A stretch of DNA of 64,000 nucleotides from Marsupella aquatica (lineage: Eukaryota > Plantae > Marchantiophyta). The position numbers and the translations under genes were made by a program. The notes below the pieces were generated by a model. The model did not search any database and had not been told where the DNA came from. It worked only from the letters and a program-made list of their open reading frames with translations. Shown here piece by piece: positions 52,512 through 64,000 of the stretch (position 1 is its first letter; every line of letters starts with the position of its first letter). Location of the stretch: the NCBI GenBank assembly GCA_973895155.1, contig OZ316892.1, forward strand, positions 13,451,270 to 13,515,269, written 5' to 3'.

Positions 52512-53197
52512 ATCGACCTCGGCGCAAATTCGTCCACCACAACCCACGACGGCACGACCAAACTACACCTCTGTCTATTGCCGAAAAGATAGAATCAGAA
52601 GCAGCGAAATCCGGGTCATTCAACAGTGATACCAGTACTCTTCTCGTGGGAGAAGGATTCTAATTCATTGAGAAAAGATCCGTCAATGGCAAGAACCCAA
52701 TCACCGCTCCGAACTGCACGAGGAGATGATGTCACTGGGTCTACGCCGGGTCGCCCACGGTACTCATTCCAGAAGGCAGGGGACTGGGTGACTATATAAT
52801 TCGGTCCTAATAAGAGGGGTCCTAGTAATAAAGAGGGGTTTAATAAATAATTAGTGCTTCTCAGTCAGGAACATACATTTGAAGTCGCTACATGATGATA
52901 AAGAGCCACTATCATATTCTAATAAGACTCACTATCATATTCTTATCTTGGATCCAATCAAATAGGCATACAGCCAAGGGAGCGGCCTAGAAGAGGAACT
53001 CTGTTTCTTTGTAACATTTCGTCTTGTAGGCATTACGATTACGTTGGAGCTTTAATTTCTCTGGGTATTTGATGGAATGGAAGGCTGTTACATTTGGGAG
53101 GAGTGAACAACGTCGCACAGCTCCAGCCGCCCCTTCTGAAAACAAGAACCCACTCTGATGGCAGTGCATTGTTGTTTCTGTGTTGTGTTTACGACAG

Positions 53198-54271
53198 GCA
53201 CTGGCTGAAAACTGCAGTAACCTATAATATTTGAATGTTGGCTGGTGCCAACGCATCACTGACGTTGGTGTAATGGCGAAAGCGTGTGGATGTTCAGAGT
53301 TGCGAGTAATAGATTTGTGTGCAAGCCATCTTCTCACAGGTATGTGCTCACTCTCATCAGAGTTGCTTGATAGCATATCCTGTACGCTCTGTCATTTACA
53401 AGAGGTCTGGCCAAACCTTTGCATATCGGAGGTTATGCTACCCGCTTATTCTGGTGTGAACCCAGGACCCAATCTAGAGAGGTCTTATAATTCAACAACT
53501 ATGTTTCGCCGTCCTAAAAGGGAACAGATAAGTATGCTTTTGTTTAATATGTCGTCGTATTGTAGAAAAATAGAATATATAACAAGAATCTCGTGTAGCA
53601 AAAGGAAATGTTTGATGTTCGATTCTTGCACATACTTCTAATTGCTCGACTCACATTGTTCAATCGGAGTGTCATGGGTTTGACAGACCGTTGCCTACGC
53701 CTTCAAGTACTCAACTTGCACAGGTGTCAGAATATTACAGATCTTTCCATGTATGCATTGGCAGACCAGGGCAATTTATCTCGTCGAGATGAAAGTACTC
53801 AACTTGCACAGGTGTCAGAATATTACAGGTCTTTCCATGTATGCATTGGCAGAACAGGGCAATTTATCTCGTCGAGCTGAAAGAAGCAATTCTAAATTGT
53901 CCTTTGGCTGTGGCCGTATGCACACTAATCGGGGTACAATTGCACGCAGTTGTTCAGGGAGTTGTAGTGGAAGTAGCAGTAGAAGTAGCAGTAGCAGTAG
54001 TAGTAGCAGCACCAGCTGTGATAGTGTAACCAACGAACAGTCAACTCCAAGAGGGTATATTGAGATCCTGGTGAGTGACTTAGTTGGTTTTGGGTTGGTG
54101 TCACTCTCGGCTTGTGCAGTAGCAGGCAGTGTGTAATGCCTATTCAGCCTTGCACACCTGTCCAGAAAGAGGCTCGTTGAACGTCAGTGGCTCTCTCAAT
54201 CTCACATCTGTGCACTGTCTGTGGGGACGAGAGAAAGTAAGCCGCTTCATCCTAGGTCTCTTCCCGTGTGA
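53198..54271 (+). pseudogene. SKP2A-like partial pseudogene (last two exons only)
   Basis: No F-box exon. CAA>TAA stop at 53225-53227; acceptor TTCAG|AT changed to TTCAAT near 53662; 88-bp internal tandem duplication (53705/53793); deletions near 54105 and 54245. Confidence 0.92.
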
Positions 54272-55555
54272 CAGCCTGTGTGTAATTCCCTAGGCAGCCA
54301 GTGTATAAATCTTCTAGGCAGCCTGTGTATAAATTCCTTCCTCATACTCCTTTCTTTCCTTGTGCCCTAGTGTTTGTTTAAAGCTAGTCTCATGCAGGTT
54401 GAAGCTGTTGTTGATCCATGAAGATAGAGAGTTTTTGTTTAGATGAACAGGAACTTGGATTGCCGGGTACTCTATACAATCGATATAGAAATTCTCGTAA
54501 ATACGAGTAGAATCTATCTATACTAGCACTACCAATACTATCAGAATTTGAGGTGAATTCTTGACAGACATGTCACTTTTTGTGACTGAGAAAGGAGAGG
54601 AAGTCTTGGATATCTCAGTTTCGGTAACCCATAATAAATGTGAACCCCTAAAACTTGCAAGGGATACACATGTGACGTGGAAATTTGGGATTTGCCTTTC
54701 TGATCAAAATCTCATCCGAATTTTCATATTTCATCTTAGATGGTGTCAGAGAACTAGATCGAATGTGATGGCGAAAAGATATCTTAATTTATTATTGGGG
54801 TGGTATAGCTCCAATCTGAGTCAACTGCAGTAGGCGGGTGTTTTCTTTTTAACGAAACCAAGTATCCCTGAGGAGACAGACTACTGGAAACTGCCACCTG
54901 TAAGTAAGGTGGCTGAAATCAATATGACAGGAAAATTGCAAACAGGCAACGAAGGTGAAATAAAACAATTGCGAGCCCCCATGCAATCAATGGGGTTCAA
55001 ATAACTGTGATCAATATACACAGAGTTCAATTAAACCATGGTTTAGTATCCAAGGGTGAAAACTAATAACGGTTTAGTATGTGAACTTGAGTCCAGTAGA
55101 GAAGAAAATTGGACACTGAACAAAAACAACAATAAGACTTTAGAGTGAAAGAAACAAGCCATGTGTTACTGGAACTCATTTCCAATGAGATAACTGATCT
55201 GACTATGAGCGTGGACAAAACAGGGACTCAGGGACTATAAACATTATGGTCCAAGTTCATCATAGACTTTTGGTGGGTACTTTGAGGTCCAGGGTTCAAT
55301 TCAGTATAACTCCCTCATTATTGGTCAGATAACTTCCTAAATTTATATAAAGAAGTTATAACAGAAAACTATTGACAAAAGATATAAAGTAAAAAGAGTC
55401 AATCTATATAATAAACAATGATAAAAAAATGAGGGCATTTTGTCTAAAGGGAAGAGTCTATATCATGACTCTAGGCTATGGTTGGGGGTGGAATTGAAAA
55501 TGGATGCATGTTTCTCACCATCCATTTATGTTACTCTCTGATTACAGATGAAAGC

Positions 55556-55726
55556 CTTGGATAGTAGGAACTCACGCTCATTGTTATGGAGCCAGTTGAG
55601 AGATAAAGAAATCTTGTATTGCGGTGACTTGGTAAGGCTGAGGGCTTATTCAGAGTGCAGTAAAACTCTCATGTGTTCCCGTGGACGTAGCCTCAGCTGA
55701 GGTGAATGTCGTCTTTGCTCAAAACA
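55556..55726 (-). mobile_element. Partial LTR, family A, reverse orientation
   Basis: Reverse complement contains TGTTTTGAGCAAAGACGAC, GAGGCTACGTCCACGGGAACACA and CTCTCAACTGGCTCCATAACAATGAG. Absent from the left arm. Confidence 0.75.
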
Positions 55727-56283
55727 TACCTCAGCATGGGCATCTCTCATTTAGGGGGGGGAGCAAGTTTTAGATTGGAGTCTCTGTAGGTGCACGTACA
55801 CTAGCTTTTAACACCAAATCAACCAAGTGGAGTGTACACACTTAGTATTTCAGACATTCGGCAAGCAGCATGGGTATAAGAATAAGGCAGCCAGGGTTGA
55901 GGCCAGCATTCTTTTCATTGGTTTTTTGCCAAAATTCTCACCCCAAAATATTGCTGGCTACTTTAGCAAACAAACAATTGGGAATTTTTCAAAAATATTT
56001 CCAAAATTTGACTTCAATCTACATCTATAATATGCAATGCCCCCCAAAAGTACTTTCGTTTCGTCTGCTTACAAACTTGAAAATGGAGGGAATCAACCTA
56101 AGCCCTCATTTTATTTTTAAGTTTTTTGTGTACTCTTGGATTGATTGACTAGGAGTGTCAAATGATATACTTCTCTTTATAGTAGAATACAGACTACCTG
56201 GGATAATTCTTATGTACATTTTTATGTGACATCATCTAAACTGTATCTGTCTCTTTTATTAAATTAGACACATCCCAACCAGA

Positions 56284-56452
56284 AACTTTTGCGGCATGTC
56301 AAACTTTTTGGATTTTGCATAGAGTATGATTATGTATTACTCTCCCAACCTACCTCCCATGGTATTATGAATACCGGAGATAAAGGGGAAACTTTTGGGG
56401 CATGTCAAACTTTTGGATTTTGCATAGAGGATGATTATGTATTACTCTCCCA
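56284..56452. repeat. Direct duplication, 2 x ~65 bp
   Basis: AAACTTTTG.GGCATGTCAAACTTTTGGATTTTGCATAGAG.ATGATTATGTATTACTCTCCCA twice, ~105 bp apart. Confidence 0.8.
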
Positions 56453-56699
56453 GGATATCCTGAATAATGCATATAAAGGGGAAAAGCCACAAGGAGTGAG
56501 AGGGTTGGTTTACTAAGATAAAGGGAAAAGAAGAAGTAAAATAAAGTAGAGGACATGGAAAAGCTACAAAGCAAGAAAAGGATAGAGGGGATAATATTTT
56601 TGCCAGCCCAAGAGCTTTTCCATGATGGAAAACTCATAGTTTTTTGTGCATAAAATACTTATTTATCAAAAAATTGAAAAATTGAACATTTAAACAATT

Positions 56700-57807
56700 C
56701 CCTCCTCGACATTGTTGTCTTGCCTCAACATCTTTGTCTTGCTTTCACCTTAAAATTTTCAGTCGCTTCGACATTGTTGCCTTGCCTTGACATCTTTCCT
56801 TTGCCTCTACATCCTTGCCTCGCCTCAAATTCTTCTGGGCATGGGGCTATCACACAATAAGGGACCCCATTTATTTATGGGCATCATCTGCTTACAATTG
56901 CAAGATTGGGCCGGATTCAACCTCAACCATTGGATGGAAAAGAAGTTTTTTTGTTGACCCTTGATCTGCAAAACTCCATTAATAGCTCTGGATACGATCT
57001 CCTCTAACTCCCTTTTGGTATGTTGGGTTTCTCCCCCTTTGCCTTTTTTGTCTGTCTTTTTTGCTTTTTATTTCCTTTAATTTATTTCTAAACATTGCCT
57101 TTCTTTGACCTTGGTTTGACCTCGCTGGACCTCTTTCCCTCCCCTCGACATCTTGCCCTTGCCTCAACATCTTTGCATCTCCTCGGCATCTTGCCCTTGC
57201 CTCAACATCTTTGCATCTCCTCAACATCTTACCCTCTCCTCGAGATCTTTGTCTCTCCTGGACATCTTGCCCTCGCCTGGACATCTATGCCTCTCCTTGG
57301 CATCTTACCCTCGCCTCAACATCTTTGCATCTCCTCGACATCTTACCCTCTCCTTGACATCTTTGTCTCTCTTTGACACCTTGCCCTCACCTCAACATCT
57401 TTGCCTCTCCTCGACATCTGCCCTTGCCTTGACATCTTGCCCTCGTCTAAACATTTTTGCATCTCCTTGAGATATTTCCCTCCCCTTGACATCTTGCCCT
57501 TGCCTGGACATCTTTGCCTCTCCTCGACATCTGGCCCTCGCCTCGACATCTTCGCATCTCCTCAACATCTTACCCTCTCCTCGATATCTTTGTCTCTCCT
57601 CGACATCTTGCCTCGGTTTGCCTCAACATCTTGCCCTCACTCAACATCTTCCCCTCACCTCATAATGTTGCATTCACCTCAACATCCAGCCCTCACTCAG
57701 AATCTTGCCCTCACCTCGACATCTTGCTTTCACTCAAAATCTTGCCCTCACCTCAACATCTTGACCTCAATCAACATCTTTCGTGCAACGCACGGGCATG
57801 GGGCTAG
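56700..57807 (+). mobile_element. Helitron 3' region with long ~20-bp minisatellite
   Basis: Dozens of CCTC(A/G)ACATCTT units ending CGTGCAACGCACGGGCATGGGGCTAG|T, a canonical plant Helitron 3' hairpin + CTAG. Confidence 0.75.
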
Positions 57808-59860
57808 TCTGGTCATAACTTGCCACCTCCTGGGGGATGAGGGCATGAATTCACAAACCCCTCCACCCGGCCCATGCAGTAAATTTGCCTCTCCTCAACC
57901 TGACATTTCCTCAACTTGCACCTCCTGCTCATATGTTGCATGCAAGTTGCCACCTGCAACTGAATGGCTTGAGGAGTGGGGAATTCAAGGCCTCTTTGCA
58001 CCCCCTCTGGATTTGATTTCCTAGTCTTTTAGATTTTCTCCCCATATACATATTTTGGGGCATTGCTAGCTTTTCCCCAAAACAAATAGACAGACAAACT
58101 ATTGAGACTACCTTCGTGTCATCTATAATTTTTTGATTTGGGGAGGTCCTGAAATTTCTGATTACCCTAGTATGTTTGTGAATCTCTTGTGTACTTTTTC
58201 CTTCACAGTTTTATTCACGGTCTACAGTTGTAACTCCCTTGCTAGCCTGATTTGGGGGTTATGAGAATTTGAGCAGCCCCTAGCCAGCCAAGCTCAGTGA
58301 TTATGAGACTCAGGTGAAACTTGTCTAGTGACAATAGGAGAAACATATTGGGGTCTTCTAGGAGAGGCATGACTTTGTGGTAGCTCACTTGAGTAGATAC
58401 TGATAGGTCTTGGGTTCAACTATTGTGGGCTGACTCTTCCCAACTATTGTGGCTAACTCTTCCCTTTCTGTGGGGTTTCACAGATTTCCCTTTAAAAAAA
58501 TTAAAAATTAAAAATTAAAAAAAAAACCCCACAAATGTTTGGAAAAAATAATTAATTTTTATGCAAAGTTTTGGTTTGCTGAGTAGACTCAAACATTTAA
58601 TTCTATGTTCCATGTCGCCATCCCAGTTCAACCGGATTGGGCGTGCCTGACCCCATTGCAACATTGTCTTTCCGTTCACCTTCATGGCGATTAGGTCTCT
58701 CGGGCTTGTTGGCTCTTGTGTTTTTGTAGTTCTTTCCATTGTTTTGCCCCCCCCCCCCCTTTGGATTTTCTTGCCTTTGGGATCCTGTTTCCTAGTAAGG
58801 TGTTGTTTCTTTGTTGTACAAGGTCAAGAGACAAATCTCCTAGAGAAACGAATTTCATGAGAAACTAAAACACAACCCCCCAAAAACCCTAGAGAAAGAG
58901 AAGAGAGTTGGGTTCTTTCTTTTGTTCTGACATTTACTAGGTTGTCACTTTTTTAATGGATTATATACAGTAATTTGTCCATATTTTTGGTTGAGTTGTT
59001 AAGTTGGCACATTTTTCTATGGCTGGTTGGGTAAAGGAACTCTAGTTAACCTTGGAATGATCCAATGGTGAGCATCCTGCCAGTCTTTTAAACCACAACT
59101 CCTCTTACAAGAAGCTCCGCGTTATGTGGAGGGCTCACTCTAAACTTATTCCCTCCTCAAAAAATGCGATGCGCTCTCTGTGCCTCCCAATAGCCGTCAG
59201 ATTTTGCTCACCCTTGCACCTATTCTCAACCATTAGATGTGATCAAGGGCTCAAACGAAAGATTTCACTGAGATCTACGGATGGTGAAAATTCCAGCCAA
59301 AAATACAAAGTATTGAGGGAGAAAAAAGCAAAAACAAATCTCTTCGATCTTATTGGTGGATTTCAAATTCCTCAGATCTGGGCCGTCTATTCCAATTTGA
59401 ACTCCATCCATCCTGGCCATCCATTTTTGTTTGCCTCTAGCTATCTTGTCCGTCCATTTCAGAAGGCGATGTAGGGCTCAAAAGAAAGATCTCAATGAGA
59501 TCTACGGCTGGGTTTTTTTTGTTTCAAAAATGAATAAATATTTTTTAAAATATAAATATAAATAAATTTGTTTTTTGCCGACCCGATCTCCGCCCATTGC
59601 CTTCCCTGTGTGCAAATGAGTTACTCCTATAATACCATACAATGTACGAAAGTGTCTTTTTATACCCGTAGTAGTGGTTTTATAGGATGGTTGACAGTGT
59701 CCTGAACTTAACCTGAATACCCTTTCCCACCCTTGACCAGGGGGGGGCGGGGAAGGCCAAGGAGTGGGGCAGCTAACAGGAGGGGGCAGGGCAGGGATGT
59801 GGCAGGTGTGAAGTAAAATACCCAACCCAATGCTAAGAATTGGAAAGGGTGTTGTGCCTA

Positions 59861-60608
59861 TCTTACTTATAAAGCGCAAACTACAAGCTAGAGTTGGGGC
59901 CTAGGCTACTAGAGTGAAGCCTCTAGACCATAACTCCATGGCTCATCATGTGAATGGAAAAGCTTATGACTATGATGTATGTCAAATGATAATCATGTAT
60001 GTTTTTTTGTCATGACTTCTATTTATATGAAAAAATGAGCTTTATGGCCCCACCATAATATATGTGCATAGAAAGAAGGATGTGCATAGAAAAGGGTGTA
60101 GTATATTATGTATGATTATTAAAATGATGACATGCATGATAATCTTTTTATCATTTCATGAGCCATATGCCCGTGTGTTGCACAGCTCAAGGAGGGCTGG
60201 TCCATAGGGAGTTGGGCCAGGGCATTTATGGGGCAGAGGGCGAGAGGCAGGGGCAAGCGCATCGGGACCGAGGCGAGAGGCAAGGGTGAGCGCATCGGGA
60301 CTGAGGTGAGGGCGAGGCTTCGTGAGCATTGATACCCGTATACATATATTGCAAGGGGGGGTCCATATTGAAGGGCACAGGGGTGGGAGGCCTCGCCAGA
60401 GAGGGCAAGTGCCACTCAAACGGCTCTAAAGTATCTTAGTTTATTTTGATTCCTGGTTCCAATTCTGAATTTCATAAGGGGGCAAAGGACAAAGAAGGCT
60501 GCATTGTCTATTATAGTTGTAGATTAATCTTCAAAAAATATGAATAAGTAATATGTTTTGGTGACATTTTTATTGTACGGTCTACTATTCACATTCAAGG
60601 AACAGGTG
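59861..60608 (+). mobile_element. Short Helitron family copy interrupted by a GC-rich insert (~60160-60525)
   Basis: A|TCTTACTTATAAAGCG start. Homology with the 44188 copy resumes at ~60527 (CTTCAAAAAAT..TTTTGGTGACATTTTTATTGT). Terminal CTAG not seen. Confidence 0.6.
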
Positions 60609-60731
60609 GTGATGATCATAGAGGACATGAATGACCCATCACCTGATCTAAATTGTTGGAGTTTTTCGAGCTACCTATAGTTACTTTTCCCTAACAAGTA
60701 GTTGAAAAAGATAACGACGTACAGTAGTGAT

Positions 60732-61215
60732 CCTAACCTGACCTAACCTAACCTAACCTAACCTAACCTAACCTAACCTGCCTAACCTAGCCTGACCTGA
60801 CCTGACCTGCGTCGCCTCGCTGTGCATGCGTCGTTGCCCGCCTGTTTCGTTTCCTCCTTTGATAAAGAGCTCCTTCCAACCTCACCACCTTCTTTCGATT
60901 CCTCGCCTCTGCCACTCTTCTCTTCTCTTCTCTTCTCTTTCTCTTCTCGTCTCGTCTCGTCTCTTCTCTCCTCTTCTCGTCTCGTCTCTTCGCTTCGCTT
61001 CTCTTCTCTTCGCTACTTTTCTCGTCTCGTCTCGTCTCGTCTCGTCTCTTCTCCGGGAGTAAAGGTCAACAACGATAGGAACTCATCATCGTCGTCAGTG
61101 TCTACGAACGCACGCACGCACGCCCGCACGCAGGCAGAGAGGCAGGCAGGCAGGGAGGCAGGCAGACAGACAGACAGGCAGGCAGGCAGAAAGGAAGGCA
61201 GGAAGGCAGAAAGGA
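60732..61215. repeat. Microsatellite cluster upstream of RAD23: (CCTAA)n/(CCTGA)n, (TCTTC)n/(TCGTC)n, (GCAC)n, (GGCA)n
   Basis: Directly visible tandem pentamer and tetramer arrays. Confidence 0.9.
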
Positions 61216-61672
61216 GCCTACGTAGTTTGGAAGGAAGCGAGGAAGCGAGGAAGTGATTGAGCAATAGTGCTACTACGACTGCTGCGTTCAAGGGCGACAA
61301 GAAAGGGAGGAAGGAAGCACGCGAAAGCGATTTACTACTATAGCTCAGGACGCGAGCGAGCGAGGGGGGGGAGAGGCATTTTCAATCTAGGGATTGGGTT
61401 AGGAAGGGAGGAGGCTGACAGATACGTGGAGGAGTCAAGAGGACGTTACTTACCGCCGTCTGACTGTCGTTCTGATCAGAGGAAGGAGGGGAGAGAGAGA
61501 GAGAGTGGAGCGCGCCTTCTTGCCGTAGTTTTACAGACACGCTGTTGTTCTTGTTGTCGAGAGGTGTGGTGGTGGTGCAGAGGGGGCCGGGGTTTTCGTT
61601 GCGTTCGAGTATCTTTATCTCATTATTTACCTCTCTTCCACTGGTGGCGCGAGGGGCGGGAGGACGAGCAGG

Positions 61673-63969
61673 ATGAAGATATCGGTGAAGACGCTGAAGA
61701 ACAGCCACTTTGATCTCGAGGTCAACCCTACAGATACTGTATGGTTTCTCTTCTTCCGACCTAAAGCCTCCTTGCGTGTCCTGGCATGATATGTGCTATG
61801 TTTTATCGCTCGGCTACTTCGAGTTTCTTTGAGTTTCTTCGATCACCGCTCATCGTCAGCGAGTGCTTGTGTGTTTTTTGCATAGGGATGCTTCAGAAAA
61901 GCCGTTATTTAAACCTCGACGTCCTTACCTTCTTTGATCGTCCAATTTCCCTTCATGTATGGAGGGTTTTAATCGCGTGTCCCTTTTGTTCCAAAGGGTT
62001 CCATTGTGTGTCGATAATCTTCCCTGTCTTACAATGGTCACGCGATGGCAATTTTTTGAGCGAGAAGGACTTATGCACGCTCGTGCTACCATTCTGTCGT
62101 CGCGGTTAGGCTAAGAATATTTCTCCTCTATTGTCCTTGCGAATGTGCGGGATTTTCACTTCTACTCCATCGCGTCAGCCGCCTCGGCTGACAAGAGGAT
62201 ACCTAGTAGTTTGCCGCAATCAATTGTTACACCCCTTCTTCTGACGTTTGTTTGCCGATCTTCTGCCTTTTACTTGGACGGAAAGGACGATGGCGGGGAG
62301 ACAAACGAATAGCTGCCTTGAAGCCTAGTGTTTTCCTAGTTAAAATAGCCTTTTTGTTTCATGCGTATAGAGACGTTCTAATTGGATTTTAGAAACCTGT
62401 TTTTCTAGTCTTAGACTTTGTAAATATGTTTGTGAAATATCGGAGAATTTTCCTTTTGAATAGTCCAGAATCATTTCAAACATCACAGCTGTGTTAGTCC
62501 GTCGATGTTCGAGTGGGAGTCTTAATTCTACCTGGCACATTTTTCTGTGATGATACTTTAAAAGGCTTCGTGTTCGGATCCTTGTTCTGACCAGATTTCT
62601 GTGTGCCTCTTTTGCGAGGTAGCGTCGATTGAGTTATCTACGATTTATTTGTTGCAATATGTCCCGACTGATAGACGAACCTAAAATAGGTTGATATTTA
62701 GGTTTTGCTAAGTGCGTTGATTTACGAGTTCACAAACAATCGTGTCGTGGCCTGAGTCATATACCTTTCCGTTCTGTGTATGTTGGATCCATTCTTTCAT
62801 TTATGCTACGCAATTGAGGTTAGAATTGTTTTGCCATTGGTACCTGTGTAGATCATAGCGGTGAAGAAGCAAATAGAAGATCTCCAGGGGAAGGAGCTCT
62901 ATCCTTGTGCTCAGCAACTTCTTATCCACCAGGGTAAAGTGCTAAAAGATGACACAACTCTGGATGACAACAAGGTGTCTGAAAACGGCTTCCTTGTGGT
63001 CATGCTGACGAAGGTATTGTTCCTTTTTTTTATCCTCTTCCGTTTGGATGAATAAATCCGACTTGGACAGTCTTGATCCACTTTCGTTTTCCAGCCGGAG
63101 ATGCTTTCTCGTGGCAGGAGGAAGGGTAGAATGATCAGTGCAATGAGCCCTTTAGTTAAAAAAAACGGCTTTGTTTGGAATGGAATCGTTCTCGCGCCAA
63201 GTTGATGAGCGGTGTATGCGATATGATAATCCGGTCTTTTCAAACTATTCTAGGGTCCTCTTGTCTGCCTTATATGGGGCTCTTCAAGCTTTTTTGAGTC
63301 TTTTTCGGAAGCGGTATAGGTGTACTGTCGTTTACTTCGTGCCCGAAATAGGTCAAGTAGGATTTTTTCAACTCATACGAGTCTAATTACATAAATTGTG
63401 GAAGCTTCTGGCTTTAGAGCACGGCAGTGTCACCGGATGACTGACACTGCACATTCTGTTTGCTGGTCAGTCAAAGGCAGCACCAACACCAGCACCAACA
63501 CCAACACCAACACCAACACCACCAACATCATCCTCGTCAGCACCTGCACAGGCAAAACCCAGTCCTATTTATATCAACACCCGAGCACCGGCCCGTCATT
63601 TTGTTGTGAATGTGATGATATATTATGTCGAAGTCAACACCAGTGGACATCTAGGAAATATTTGCAGTTCGCGTTTGGTCAAGTGTTTTCTTCTGACTTC
63701 GTCTTTTCTGCAGAATGCATGGAAACTGAGGTAGGAGAAAACTGTGTACCAAATGCGAACCGTATTCTTCATGCGTAGCTGGATGGATCACTAGTGTGCC
63801 AGCTTGTTTGTTTCCCGTGGATATCAATGTGGGGAGACAATGTTCTGTATAATCAAGGGCAAAGCTTTCTTGTGTTCTAATAAGTCCTTGCATTTTTTAC
63901 TGTTCAGGAGCCAGCTGCAACCCCTTCTCCTGCACCAACTCCAACTCCTCCCGCAGCTACACATGCACC
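61673..63969 (+). CDS. RAD23: Ubiquitin receptor RAD23 (UBL domain and Pro/Thr-rich linker; gene continues beyond window)
   Basis: Exons 61673-61738 ([22 protein letters not shown]), 62852-63013 ([54 protein letters not shown]), 63471-~63551 ([13 protein letters not shown]..) and 63908-63969 ([12 protein letters not shown]..). Confidence 0.95.
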
Positions 63970-64000
63970 GTGAGTATATCAAATGTTTCTTAAACTAACC

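Larger units (their letters stand above)
52834..56033 (+). repeat. Right arm of inverted duplication
   Basis: Reverse complement of ~45775-49384 with substitutions and indels. Confidence 0.93.

Noticed and set aside
51609-52663. ORFs of 105-185 aa including a poly-Glu stretch
   Set aside because: Arise from the GC-rich promoter/5' UTR and GAA repeats of the F-box gene.
57095-58024. Leu/Pro/Ser-rich ORFs resembling LRR proteins
   Set aside because: Translations of the Helitron-associated minisatellite, open in several frames.
60822-61713. ORFs upstream of and overlapping the RAD23 start
   Set aside because: Microsatellite-derived; the true frame starts at ATG 61673.

Overview
Eukaryotic, intron-rich land-plant genomic DNA. 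The gene style and promoter microsatellites suggest a bryophyte or other seed-free plant, but this is not provable from sequence alone. The right two thirds hold three ubiquitin-system genes: a complete 14-exon TMEM185/Fragile-X-F-associated + C-terminal RING gene (+), a SKP2A-like F-box/LRR gene (-) and the 5' exons of RAD23 (+). A pseudogenised inverted duplicate of the 3' half of the F-box gene lies just upstream of its own promoter. The left 29 kb is a transposon graveyard. It contains a spliced, decayed Kolobok-like DDE transposase resembling families I know mainly from animals, and a 5.77 kb MULE with intact TIRs and a 9-bp TSD that carries a convergent DUF1917 (Bles03/eIF4E-fold) plus F-box-like cargo gene. 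It also has a pogo-like MITE, a PIF/Harbinger fragment, and captured 6PGD and amine-oxidase fragments. Solo LTRs of one family and non-autonomous Helitrons are scattered across the whole window. All family assignments come from motif recognition by eye, not database searches.
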